A DNA stretch of 64,000 bases from Octopus bimaculoides. Its lineage: Eukaryota. The stretch is taken from contig NC_069000.1 of NCBI RefSeq assembly GCF_001194135.2, forward strand, positions 15,810,412 through 15,874,411, given 5' to 3'. The position numbers and the translations under genes are program-made. Position 1 is the first letter of the stretch. Each line of letters starts with the position of its first letter. Of the stretch, positions 12,678 to 25,139 are shown one piece after another. The notes under the pieces are model-generated. The model was not told the origin of the DNA. It ran no database searches and saw only the letters and a program-made list of their open reading frames with translations.

Positions 12678-15600
12678 GTGAGTACCAAAACTTTTTCTCT
12701 TATTCAGTGGGCTACATTAGTCTTAATCAGTGTTTCTCAATCACTTTTTACCTATGGATCTCTTTGATTCTTATTTTACTCAGATGAATCCACCTAGCCA
12801 TTCAATGTTTAAAAAAAACCCATATTTTTATAATTAAATATTAGAAATTGTATAAAAATAATTATTGAAATATTTCGCATATGGTAGAAGTTTAAGCAGT
12901 TTATTGCACATAAATTTTAACAAAATCTTCTATGGACCCCCAAGGGTCATGTGGACCAATTAAGAGCCACTGGTCTAAATATTTCCCTTTTTTTCTTTCC
13001 AGTTTACTTTGTAAAATATATCTATGCTAAATTAGTTATTTCTTTTTGGTTTCTTTTTTTTATTATTATTAAGGAGTTATACATCTTTTGGTTTAAAGAT
13101 GTGAAAGATTTTGTCAATGAAAACAACAGTTTTGCCTAAATAGCTCACTTGTGTCTATAAAGATTGCAATTATACGTGGTGGATTGGCAAAATCAACAAC
13201 ATGTTGGACAAAATTACTTTCAGCATTTAACTACAGCTCATTACATTCATAGTTCAAATCATGCAAAGGGTTGATAAAATAATTACATCATCATCATCAT
13301 CATCATCGTTTAACATCTGCTTTCCATGCTAGCATTGGTTGGACGATTTGACTGAGGACTGGTGAGCCAGATGGCTACACCAGGCTCCAATCTGATTTGG
13401 CAGGTTTTTTACTGCTGGATGCCCTTCCTAATGCCAACCACTCCGAGTGGGTAGTGGGTGCTTTTACGTGCCACTGGCACGAAGGCCAGTCACGCTCAAA
13501 ATGGTGTATTTTATGTGCCACCTGCACAGGAGCCAGTCCAGCGGCACTGGCAGTGACCCTGCTCGAAATTCTTTTCACGTGCCACCGGCATAAGTGCCAG
13601 TAAGGCGACGCTGGTAACAATCACGCTCAAATGGTACTATTTATGTGCCAGTCATAAGTCTCATCTCTAAAATATAAGGTTTGATTTTTTTTTTATGGTT
13701 GTAGGTCTGGCTCAAATGATAGTCATGACAAAGAAAGTCCATCTGATGAAGATATAAAACAGAAAATATTAGCTGCATCACTGCAATTTGTTCAAGTGCA
13801 TGGATTTTCGAGAAAAGCACTTATTGATGGTAAAACTATTTCTTCTTATATTTCAGTTTAAGTTTTCCGAAGAGGTTGTATTAGTAACTAAGTAATTTAA
13901 TAAAATATATCTAATTACAAACATTAACCCTTTAGCATTCAAATTAATATGTCAAAAGTAATCCTTATTCATTTACATTTAAAAAAATTAATCTGGTTAT
14001 TATCTTGTAGCTTCAAGAGTTGAAAGATGTAATTGTTTATTTTTAGAATGACATTGCAGGACAGGTTAGAGATACTGGTTCTGGCCAGTTTGAGCATAAA
14101 ATGAGTAGAACATTTGGGCTGGATATAGCAGGTTTAAACACTAAAGGGTTAAACTCATGTAATACAGCTTAGTATTTAAGCATTAAAGCTGGCCAAACCC
14201 AGCCTTATCATTATGTTGTTTTTAATAGGAAAAAAATCTCCCACATAATACACACAATTGGTTAGTCAGTATCATACTATTATACTACTATGTTCTTATT
14301 TATTCCCTCATGTATTTGTCTTCAGATGTTTTTATGTATACACATTGTAATGTGTATATTTAGAAATGAAAATGTTCATGTATAAAAGTGACATTTTGTT
14401 TTTTTATTATATTCATTTTTCAAAAGAATTCCATGGAAATGAATCTAAATTTATAGCATGGAAATCAACAGGAAAATAAGTTTTGCATTATGGATTTCCA
14501 CATGTTAGCAAAATTTTTCAGGAACACAGAATTCCATAGCATAGGAGATGCCTGTTGTCCAAAACAATAATTTATTGAACAACACCCCTCATATATTTAG
14601 ACATTTATTTTAAAACTCTTTTTGCAAACTCTTTGTTTTACCTTGATACTATCTGTTTTATTGCAAGGTGCTGAAACTGTAGGATACCCAAGTGTAAGCC
14701 ATGGTATGTTCCCTAAAGGAGGTGCTGACCTTGTGAATTATTTTTACCAAGACTGCAATAAGAAATTGGCTGAAAACCTAGAAAAGAAATGTAAGGAGAT
14801 GGATGAAAGGTAACAACAGCTATCATATTTTTTCACTGAACTCAATTTAGACATTACATCTAAAATCTGAAATGTCATTAAACTCCAGTGATACCCTGTT
14901 TAACATCTTTTTATCACTCTTCGGTGACTATATTTTCATTGTAACATTAATACATGCTTATAATAATTGTATGCAAACATGTAAGAAACTATGATTCATA
15001 CTCAAGCATACACATACTCCCACATACAGAACTTGAAGTTGTAAGTGTTGAAAGTTCATCTATGATGCTGAGGAAAAGCATTGCAGTGTTGAGGAAATTA
15101 GAAGCTGGAAAATGTCAAGCGAAATCATGATGGTACCTGTACCAGTGGAGCACTAAGAGCACCGTCCGAGCGTGATCGTTGCCAGAGCAGCTGTCTGGCT
15201 TCCGTGCTGGTGGCACGTAAATAGCACCATCGTGATCGTTATCAATGTCGCCTTCCTGGCACTTGTGCCAGTGGCACGTGAAAGGTCATTCGAGTGAAAT
15301 CGTTGCCAGTGCCGATGGACTGGCTCCTGTGCAGGTGACACATAAAATACACCATTTCGAGCATGGCCTTTGCCAGTAAGACATCCAAGCGAGATTGTTG
15401 CCAGTCCAAAGGAAAGTTGCCTGTAGAAGATGACATGGGAAGTAGTGTTGCAGGTTTGTTTTGGTTTACTGAATCTAAGAAAGACAGCCAGAAACCATAG
15501 CAATTGGTGAGACATAGAGCCAGAGAAGGTCTGTTCAAACTGCAAGCATAGCATAAGTTACAAACTAATGATCACACACATATTCACACAATTGTCTTCT

Positions 15601-18600
15601 CCACAATTTCTTATTTCTTTATTGCCCACAAGGGGCTAAACACAGAGGGGACAAACAAGGACAGACAAAGGGATTAAGTCGATTACATTGTCCCCCAGTG
15701 CATAACTGGTACTTAATTTATCGACCCCGAAAGGATGAAAGGTAAAGTCAACCTCGGTGGAATTTGAACTCAGGACGTAGCAGCAGACAAAATACCACTA
15801 AGCATTTCGCCCGATATGCTAACGTTTCTGCCAGCTCCCCACCTTGAGCATTGTCTTCTACACAATTTCTGTCTACCAAATTTCATTCCCAAGACATTCA
15901 TCAATCTCAGTCAATAGCTAAAAGCTTTTGCTTAACATGTCAGTGGGATCAAAAGTAGAACCACATAATCAAAAAGTGAACCACATGACCATGCCACATG
16001 ATCATGCCAGCACCCATTTAAAAATGTTTTTCTCATCATTCATCTTTTTGTTATGCTTATGTTGAGATACTCATACTGATGTTGTCTCTTCTCCATTCAT
16101 TATTGATTTCAGTTCGAAGCCCTCCACACGTGTATTTATTCAAAATGCTGTTGAAGATCGTCTCATGATGTTGACACCTCACATTGAGCAGTGGCCGCAG
16201 GTATATTTAGATTGATACACTTCACTTTTAGGCATTTAACCCTTTAGTATTCAAATTACTCTGTCAAATATGATATTCATTTATTTATATTGTTTTGAAT
16301 TAATCATGCATCATCTTGTATTCATAGAGATTTCAATGATGTGATTGTTTAGTTTTAGAATGACATTGTAGGGTTGAAGTGAGAGGCCAGATCTGGACAG
16401 TTACAACATAAAACAGGTAAATTTTTTTTAGCTGGATATGGCTGGTTTGAATGCCAAAATGGTTAAACTGGCCATAACTGGCCCAAATATTTTACCTGTT
16501 TTATATCCAGACCAGTCAGGACTTGCCTCTCATACATAACCTGCAATGTCATTCTAAAAATATACAGTCACTTCATTGAAATCTCAAAGCTGTGAGATAA
16601 TGCATGATTAATTGAAAACAATGTGGATAAATAAGCATTATATTATTATTATTATTATTATTATTATTATGGCCAGGTTCCAACCTGGGCTACAACAACA
16701 AAGTCCAGTGTCTGACATCTAGTTGTCTATGTAAGTGTGATGAGGTTTTCCTCTTCTTACATCACCATGAAGTAGGTCTCACAAAACTAATTTGGGTGCT
16801 TCCAATTCAGGGTGGTGCATACAATGACCACAGATAGTCACAGCCATCTTTTCCCGATCTTCTCGCTAACTTTTGGCAGGTCTCCATAAAGGCATTCGTT
16901 TGTCATATGTTGCTGCCATTCATAGCATCCTTGAGTAGCATCCATTAGACAGAGTAATCTGAAGGCTAAAGGGTTTCAAATTTTGGCACAAGGTCAGCAG
17001 TTTGGGGGGGATTGGGAGGTAAGTCGATTACATCAACCCGGGTACTCAACTGGCACTTATTTCAACCCCCCCCCCCCAAAGGATGAAAGACAAAGCTGAG
17101 CTCAGAATGTAAAGACAGGCAAGATGCTTAGCAGCATTTTGTGTGGCATGCTAACGACTCTGCCAGCTCACCATCTTAATAATGACTTCAAATTTTGGCA
17201 CAAGGCCAGCTATTTTGGTTGGTTCGGAGGTAAGTCGATTACATCAACCCCCAGTGTTCAACTGGTACTTATTTCAATGAACCCCAAAAGGATGAAAGGT
17301 AAAGTCGATTACATCAACCCCCAGTGTTCAACTGGTACTTATTTCAATGAACCCCAAAAGGATGAAAGGTAAAGTCGGTTACATCAACCCCCAGTGTTCA
17401 ACTGGTACTTATTTCAATGAACCCCAAAAGGATGAAAGGTAAAGTCAACCTTGGTGCAATTTGAAGTCAGAACATGAAGATGAGCGAAATGCCACTAAGC
17501 ATTTTGACCAAGCTCATTAACAGTTCTGCCAGCTCACTGCCCTCGCCACCTTAATAACAATTAATAAAAACACTTCGGGATGGCGCCTGTGCCCGTGGCA
17601 TACATAAGGACTTTCGAGCGAGATCGTTGCCAGTGCCCCTGGACTGGCTCTTGTGCGGGTGGCACATAAAATACACCATTTTGAGCGTGGCCGTTGCCAG
17701 TACCGCCTGACTGGCCTTCGTGCGGGTGACACGTAAAAGCACCCACTACACTCTTGGAGTGGTTGGCGTTAGGAAGGGCATCCAGCTGTAGAAACTCTGC
17801 CAAATCAGATTGGAGCCTGGTATAGCCACCTGGTCCACCAGTCCTCAGTCAAATCGTCCAACTCATGCTAGCATGGAAAGCAGACGTTAAACGATGATGA
17901 TGACTTCAGTGGTCACATGTATGTAGAAAAGTATCTTATTGCTAATATCACTTTACATTAGTCCCTGTGAAATTAAGTTATCATACCGTCTAGTCATCTT
18001 TCCTTCCTCATCCCTTTTCTTTGATGAAACTTTTACAGTTTATTGAGCTATTTTAGCCTAATATTACTGATACACTGTTATTTATCTTTATTAATCTTTA
18101 AAACAGGCAATGGCTCTGCAAGCTTTACCTCAAAATGCTTGCCAGTCTTGGTGTAACCTTTTACAACTTGTGGATGACATTTGGTTTTATGCAGGAGACA
18201 AATCTACTGATGTAAGTAATCTTTTCTGAAAAGAATACAATTATAATACCAAATCTTTTGACATGATGTTTATAGTCTTGAAAATTATGTTTTCAATCAC
18301 AACTCATTGCAGGCATTCAAACATTTATAGAACATTTTATGTTGTTTTAGTTCTTAGGTAAAGGATATTATGGTTTTTAATGCTTATATCTTTGTATCTT
18401 TTATTCGTTTCAGTCATTAGACTGTGGCCATGCTGGGGTAGTGATGATTCTGACTTTGTTTTTACTTCTACTATATAGTTCAACTGGTACACCAAACGCC
18501 TTACTCTGGCAGCTCTCTACAAATCATCAGAAATTTATATGCTGCAGGATAAATCTGAAGATTTTGAGAATACACTGAAATTTGTCAACAACAGGTTTGA

Positions 18601-21555
18601 TGATGTCAAATGCCTTGGCCAAAGTATGAAAAATGTGAGTAAATTTTCTTTGTTTTTTGTTGAAACAAAATTAAATTTAAAAAAAAAATATATATAATTC
18701 CAATTAGTCCCTGAATTTGAAGGAAGGTAGTAGAGCAGAACAGAAATTTGTCATTTGTTAAAACATTAAAATTATTCCCATTACATTCCATGCCTGAAAA
18801 ATAAACAAGATTTAAGTATAAGAAGACAAACATAACCATCAGTTAAAGAGAAGGAAGTTTATAGAAGAATGTTAATGTTAAAAGATTTAAAATGTGTTTC
18901 TTCTTAGTTAAATACAAATATTTTTTCATATAAGTTGTCGTTGTTGTCATCATCATTATCATTACACTGTGTAACAAAATTATATTTTTCTTTTTGTTAT
19001 TTCCTATTTGCTTCTATCTAGAAATCAAAGGAAGTGACTGCTATTCCCTTCAAACTTTGCTTTTGTCACTTGGACACTAAACTGACCTATCTTCCATTAC
19101 ATTTCAGACAGATTCAGTACTGAGTTTCATTACAGCAAATATTCTGCTTGATACCACAAATTTGCTTGTCAGTTGCCTGACCATAATCACTTGAGCATGT
19201 CCCCTTAGTGGCAAACAAATATGTATAGTTGTTTGAATGGAGATCTTTTACAACAAAGTTACCCTCCTCATATTAACAGTATAACTATCAAAGTGGTCAG
19301 GGTGGGAAGGAGGATATCCAACAAGTGAAGGATGTTTACTTTTCAAGAGATTTGTTTCAATAGTTTTCATTTAAAATGCTTCATCATCAGTGTTTAACAT
19401 CTACCTTCCGTGCTGGCATGGGTTGGGTGAGTTTGACAGGAGCTGACCAGGCAGGAGCCTGCACCAGACTTCTGTGTCTGTTTTGGCACAGTTTTTACAG
19501 CTGGATACCCTTCCTAACACCAACCACCCAGTAAAGTGAACTAAATCTGCTTCACAAAATAAAATATATTTCTATAGAAGTTTGAATGTTTTTATGTTTT
19601 ATTCATTTTGTTTCATTTTTGTTTTAGTGCCAAATGGTAACAAAGTCTATTGGAGAAAATTTATGGGGTCTTTCTCTCATGGTAAGTCTTTGTGTATGTC
19701 CATGTTTTTCCACCACCACCACCATTTTCCTCACCTTATCATTATCATCACTTAATATAGTAGTAAAGATTCTGATTAAAAGTACAGTAAGTTACAGCAG
19801 TGAATTTTGACTCACAAGTAAACAGCTGGCTGCCCAACATCTTTTATCTTCCCAGTCATTTTGTCTTCAGTGATAGGGTGTCAAAGAATCATATTATGGT
19901 TACTTTCTAAAGGTCAAGGTTTATAGAGGGGAAAGTGCTCCATCAATGACTGGCACAGCAATACCATGGTTAAATTCTACAGAGATAAGGGAAGTGTATT
20001 AGAGGTGTATTAGAAGCATAACAAACTTAGCACAAAATAGATTTCATCATTATCATTTAATGTCCATGTTGGCATGAGTTGGACGGTTTGACCAGATCCA
20101 TCAGGTTCAAGAACTGCTTTGGTTTCTACATGGATGCCCTTCCTAACTCTAACTGTTTAACAATATGTATTAGGTTTCTTTTTACCATCTGCACTAGATT
20201 TTGACTGAATATAATGCAATTCCTTTAGAGGGGAACTTAGAACCAGAGATAATGCTATACTTTTAGTTAAGACAACAAGTCAACTTCCTAACCAAAAGCA
20301 AATGGGTTCAATGCTGTGTAGTCCGTCAAATGCTGAATAAACTAGATGTATGTGAAAGGATCATTAGAGTGGTTTGGATTGTATATGAGGGTAACATAAG
20401 CAAGAATAGGATTGGATGTAAGTTCAGTGAAAAGCTAAGTGTAAGAATGGGCGTATACCAAGGCTCTACTTCTAATTCTCACTTCTTATGTCTTGGAGCA
20501 ATACCAAAAACTCTGGAACTGGTTGTCCCTAATAATCTTTACTGTGGTTATTGTCTTCTCATTCATAGTATCTGTCAGAGAACTCCAAAGTTCTTAAAGT
20601 GGAATTATAATGTAGTTTGAAAGAAAAAAAAACTAAAGATAAATAGCACAATGATTAAAGTAATAATAATTTGTAAAAGGGAACAGAAAAACCAGAAAAG
20701 GTATTGCAGTCTCAAAAATGACCTTTAATATGCTGGGAAGGAGTTAGTAGTGCAACCAGGATCCATAACTGAGGAACAGAGCTTTAGCCAGTACAAGCTA
20801 GTATCAGGGAGTCATGGAATTAAGTCCATTGTCTGCTCAGTTGACCCTTGGTATTTTGGTAATATAATAAGTGCTGAAAATGGATCTAGTGAAAGTATCA
20901 TTCAATCACATTGGTGGTTGAATATATTCTTAAGTCCACCATTTTGTCAATTGCAGCAACTTCCAACCTTCACCACTGAATTAGTGGTTTCAGTTCTCAA
21001 CTAAATTACAAACTGTTAACAGTTTTAAAGAGGACGCCTCTTCAGCCACATTTTGGCATAAATAGTTTGAGATTTGTTTCAGTAGAAAAAAACTTACATC
21101 AAAATATCTGCAACTTCAAGGGGGGCAGTAAGGCATGTATTTCATCTTCAAATAGCATAACTTTTCTCTCAAGATACTTACACTCTGTCGGGTATGCACA
21201 CTGACATTACTCATCCATCGGAGCATACTGGCTTCATTCCTTGCGAGCTTACGCATGTCCTCAGCAGTCAAGGCCCATGTTTCACTGCCATGTAGCATGG
21301 CTGTTCGTACACATGCGTCATACAGTCTGCCTTTTACTCTGAGCAAGAGGCCCTTTGTCGCCAGCAGAGGTAAGAGCTCTCATGAAAAATATTTGCATTT
21401 AACTAAGAAGAAACACATTTTAAATCTTTTAACATTAACATTCTTCTATAAACTTCCTTCTCTTTAACTGATGGCTATGTTTGTCTTCTAATACTTAAAT
21501 CTTGTTTATCTTTCAGGCACGGAATATAATGGGAATAAACAGTCGTGCTCGTTAG
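12584..21555 (+). CDS. COQ9: Ubiquinone biosynthesis protein COQ9, multi-exon gene; 5' coding exon uncertain
   Basis: Eight GT-AG exons join in frame: 12584-12677, 13705-13829, 14668-14809, 16113-16200, 18107-18211, 18479-18634, 19628-19681, 21517-21555 (TAG). Hallmarks: [72 protein letters not shown]. Confidence 0.95.
12728..12972. mobile_element. hAT (Charlie-like) MITE
   Basis: Ends cagtgtttctcaa and taagagccactg; near-identical 8-bp flanks gtcttaat and gtctaaat. A partial relative lies at about 1300-1356. Confidence 0.7.
13705..13829 (+). CDS. COQ9: COQ9 exon (SGSND...[28 protein letters not shown])
   Basis: AG/GT boundaries; start of the conserved COQ9 domain. Confidence 0.92.
13928..14148. 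mobile_element. piggyBac-like MITE
   Basis: TTAA|CCCTTTAG...CTAAAGGG|TTAA. A related copy is at about 16240-16455 and a different TTAA-type element at about 26120-26328. Confidence 0.65.
14668..14809 (+). CDS. COQ9: COQ9 exon (GAETVGYPSVSHGMFPKGGADLVNYFYQDCNKKL...)
   Basis: AG/GT boundaries; COQ9 motif. Confidence 0.93.
16113..16200 (+). CDS. COQ9: COQ9 exon ([29 protein letters not shown])
   Basis: AG/GT boundaries; COQ9 motif. Confidence 0.93.
17232..17447. repeat. 70-bp tandem repeat (3 copies) inside a family B SINE
   Basis: aagtc(g)attacatcaacc starts at 17232, 17302 and 17372, with aagtc again at 17442. Copies differ by one base. Confidence 0.9.
18107..18211 (+). CDS. COQ9: COQ9 exon (AMALQALPQN...[15 protein letters not shown])
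   Basis: AG and GTAAGT boundaries; highly conserved motif. Confidence 0.95.
18479..18634 (+). CDS. COQ9: COQ9 exon (FNWYTKRLTLAALY...[10 protein letters not shown]...)
   Basis: AG and GTGAGT boundaries; highly conserved motif. Confidence 0.95.
19628..19681 (+). CDS. COQ9: COQ9 exon (CQMVTKSIGENLWGLSLM)
   Basis: tttag and GTAAGT boundaries, phase 0/0. Confidence 0.85.
20300..20900 (+). mobile_element. Highly degraded LINE RT remnant
   Basis: YEGNISKNRIGCKFSEKLSVRMGVYQGS resembles the RT motif 'F.V..GV.QGS.LSP'. Confidence 0.5.
21150..21380 (-). mobile_element. RTE-type LINE C-terminal fragment
   Basis: LRVKGRLYDACVRTAMLHGSETWALTAEDMRKLARNEASMLRWM. Confidence 0.88.
21517..21555 (+). CDS. 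COQ9: COQ9 terminal exon (ARNIMGINSRAR*)
   Basis: tttcag acceptor; resembles the COQ9 C-terminus; TAG at 21553-21555. Confidence 0.85.
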   Translation, partial: ARNIMGINSRAR

Positions 21556-24500
21556 CAGATTCTTTTTATTTCATTTAAGGTTGTATACAGATGAGTTTTG
21601 TTTGAGCAAAATAGAGTTTTGTAGTTTATTTTGTTCTATATTAAAATATTGTTTGGAAAATTTCTTTGCGTCTTCATTCACTGTTTTCTTCCTTCATTTT
21701 TAACAAGTATATAAAGTGGTACAGACAAATGAAGTTTGCTTCTCAATCATGTTTTCATGTCCAGTCCTACTGCATGACACCTGGAGTAAGTGTCTTCTGC
21801 TATAGCCTGGGGTTGACCAAAAAATTCATGAGTGGATTTGGTAGATGGAAACTGAGAGAAGTCCATCATATATACATATATAGGTGCAGGCATGGCTGTG
21901 TAGTAAGGAGTTAGTTTCCCAACCACATGATTTTAGGTTCAGTCCCACTGCAAGACACCTTGTAGAAGTGGCTTCTACTATAGCAAGAGGTGCAAATGAG
22001 GGTAGCTAAATCAAACTCCATTCTTCACTAAGTACCACATATTGTAGGAGGCTCCCCGTAATAACAGTGTAGCAAAACGGTGGTGCATCAGCATGGCCAC
22101 AGCTCTAAGCTGAAACTATAAACAAAAAAGAAAAATATATATATATATATAGTCCTTATATATTTAATACTCAATATTTCATATATTCAATAAGACATTC
22201 AATACTTCATTTCATTTTACTATTTATATTATATATTCCATATTCTATATCCCACNNNNNNNNNNTAAGACATTCAATACTTCATTTCATTTTACTATTT
22301 ATATTATATATTCCATATTCTATATCCCACATTAATTTTATAAAAATATAAATAAAACATAAAAAACAGAGTCGGAACTCTTTTAAATAATATATATATA
22401 TATAAATTCAGAAGAGTGGTACAACAAGGCATATATATATATATACGCATGCCTACTTGTCTTATCTGTAAACTGTTATCAATACATTGACTAATGCATA
22501 GTCAACAGCTTCTAACGATGGCTACTGTAACTATTTGTTATTAAATGCTTTAGACAGAAACGAAAGGACTTTCGCATACAAGAAATTGAATCTGAGCAAT
22601 TTTTCAACCAACACAATGAACAATACTGTGTTTGTTACCAGCTTTGTAGACTTGAATGGGTTAACTGTTATTAACAGCCAGAAAATTTCAGCTGGATGAA
22701 TCATTCTGATGCCAGCAGAAGAGTTGAACATTCATGTCCCTTAGCTTGGACTATACTGTTGTGTCTCTATCAAACACACTTAACTCACTGACTGGCTATA
22801 AATATGTACCATAACATAATAGAGTTCATCTCTATAAGGAATGGAAAATACTGTTTAACTTGTGGATGTTTCACAATCCCATTTCGTTGAGGAAAATGGC
22901 TCTGTAGACAAATGTTTACATTGATTCTGCTTTCCTATCCCAGAAGAGAGATGCCTATATCTCTCAATTGTTATTTTAACTTCATGAAAACCAGGTTGAG
23001 TTTCAACATACATTACAGACTGCCTCGTCAAAAGAGCCACTCCTGAAACATTAGAATTTGTTTTTCCTCATAAACAAATTAATGTTATGTATTTCTTAAC
23101 ACTTTACTATATAGACATAGGCGTGGGTCTTTAGTTAAAAAGCTGACTTCCCAGCAATGTGGTATGGAGTCAGTCCCAATGTGTGGTATCTTGGGAAAGT
23201 GACTTCTAGTATAGCTCTGAGCTGACCAGAACCTTGTGAGTGAATTTGATAGATGGTAACTGAAAAAAGCCCATTGTATATATCATCATCATCATCCATT
23301 TCCTATGCTGGCATGGGTTGGATGGCTTGACAGAAACTGGTAAGACCTGGGGCTGCCCCAGGTTCTATAGCCTGTTTTTTACAGCTGGACACCCTTCCAA
23401 ATGTCAATCACTCCACAGAGTGTACTGGGTGCTTTTTAAGTGGTACCAACACCAGTTCTTTTTGTGTGGAACTTTGGTTTTAAGATCTCAGTTATGTTGT
23501 GGAGGGTGGGTCATACATGTGTGTGTGTGTGTATCATCATCATCATAACATCTGCTTTCTTTGCTTGCATGGGTTAGATGGTTTTATGAGGAACTGGCTG
23601 CAGTCAAATGACTGAAACAAGTAAAATAGTACCATAAAAACATGTCTGGTTGTTGGGCTGTCAGCATTTGAAGGACTATGGAAAATTATTACCTTACTTG
23701 GAAGCTGGAGAAGTTTGTTGACAAAAAGGGCATTTGGCCACAAGACCAACAGCAACACATTTCAGCTGAACAGTTCAGGCATGAAGAAGTAGATATCAAA
23801 TGATTGTTGACTATGATTAAATATATAGGCATAGTCATGGTTGTGTGGTTAAGAAACTTGGTTCCCAACCATGAGGTTTTAGGTTCAGTCCCACTGTATG
23901 GTACCTTAGGCCAACCAAAGCATTATGAGTAGATTTGGTAGTCAGAAACTGAATGAAGCTCATCATATATATGTGTGTGTGTGTGAAAATGTATGTTTGT
24001 TTGTCAATGTGTAACCTTGACTAGATATGATGTGATGATAGGATCTAAGCATCATTGTTATACAGTCCAGATCATTTATTTCCAGACTTCATGAAAAACA
24101 TGTCTAGCAATTTCCTTGCTTGGCAATAAGCTAGGACTGATAACAAGACATTTTGGTCATAGAAGAATCTGCCTCAACAAATTCCCCCTGACCCATGTAA
24201 GCATGGAAAAATAATGATGTTATTAATATATATATATATTTCTTTATATATTAATATACATAAACAGACATATATAGAATGCACCAGTTATTTGGGAACA
24301 AAAAAAAAAAACCTTACATACATATATTATATATACATGTGTGTGTATATATATACATACACACACACACACCTATCATTTTAGCCTGGTACTTACCTTA
24401 TAATTCTCTTTTGAGTTGCAGGGATGTAAACACACCAACATCAGTTCTCGAATGGTGGAGGGGACAAACACAGATATAGACACACACACACAACGGGCTT

Positions 24501-24683
24501 GTTTCTATTTCCATCAACCAAATCCCGAAATCCATTCACAATGCTTTGGTCGACCAGCAGCTATAGTAGAAGCTATGCAGTGGGACTGAACCCAAAGCTA
24601 TGTTGTTGGGAAGCAAACATCTTAACAATACAACCTTACCTACACCATACATATATACATACACATAGAATATAAAAAGAAAC

Positions 24684-25139
24684 TTCGAGCCGCGCGGGCT
24701 CGAAAGATGGACCGTTATGTAAACCTCCTCGAGAAATGTGAAGACGCAGGCTGGAAAGTGGAGCATTTTCCAATCGAAGTTGGATGTAGAGGGTTTGTAG
24801 GACAGTGTGAGACGACTGCTGTTATTGTTAGGCCTAACTCATTGTAAGGTAAATACCACCATGACCGATATCCAAAATACAGTGGAGAAGGCTAGCCACT
24901 GGATTTGGTTAAAAAGAGACGAGCGATGGCTAGAGAAATATTGAGCTTTGTTTTAATAATCAGTTGATCTAGCAAGCGGGGCCTCATATCAGTGAGGGCG
25001 GCCGATGCACATTGATGCCGTCGAGAGGTAGGCCCCGAAACGGTGCGCATTCTCTCCTGATGATCCCATACACTTGCTGGCTTCCGGAATGCGGAGTTCT
25101 CGACTGGTAGCACTTGCATGTGCGAGTTGTTTGCAAGAC
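24684..25139 (+). mobile_element. 5'-truncated RLE-type (NeSL/Hero-like) non-LTR retrotransposon with its 3' UTR
   Basis: ARKMDRYVNLLEKCEDAGWKVEHFPIEVGCRGFVG...EKASHWIWLKR is an RLE C-terminus. Perfect 29-bp target-site duplication atacatacacatagaatataaaaagaaac at 24655-24683 and 25140-25168. Confidence 0.85.

Noticed and set aside
17232-17447. Regularly spaced direct repeats as a CRISPR-like array
   Set aside because: Contiguous tandem copies with no unique spacers, inside a eukaryotic SINE.
22190-22331. Direct duplication of about 65 bp around a 10-N gap (similar case at 59343-59455)
   Set aside because: Typical unmerged contig-end overlap from scaffolding, not biology.
25030-25070. Canonical hammerhead ribozyme in the RLE element 3' UTR
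   Set aside because: GAAAC and CTGATGA are present but the required stem II and stem III-UH pairings cannot be formed. Kept only as an unclassified structured-RNA finding.
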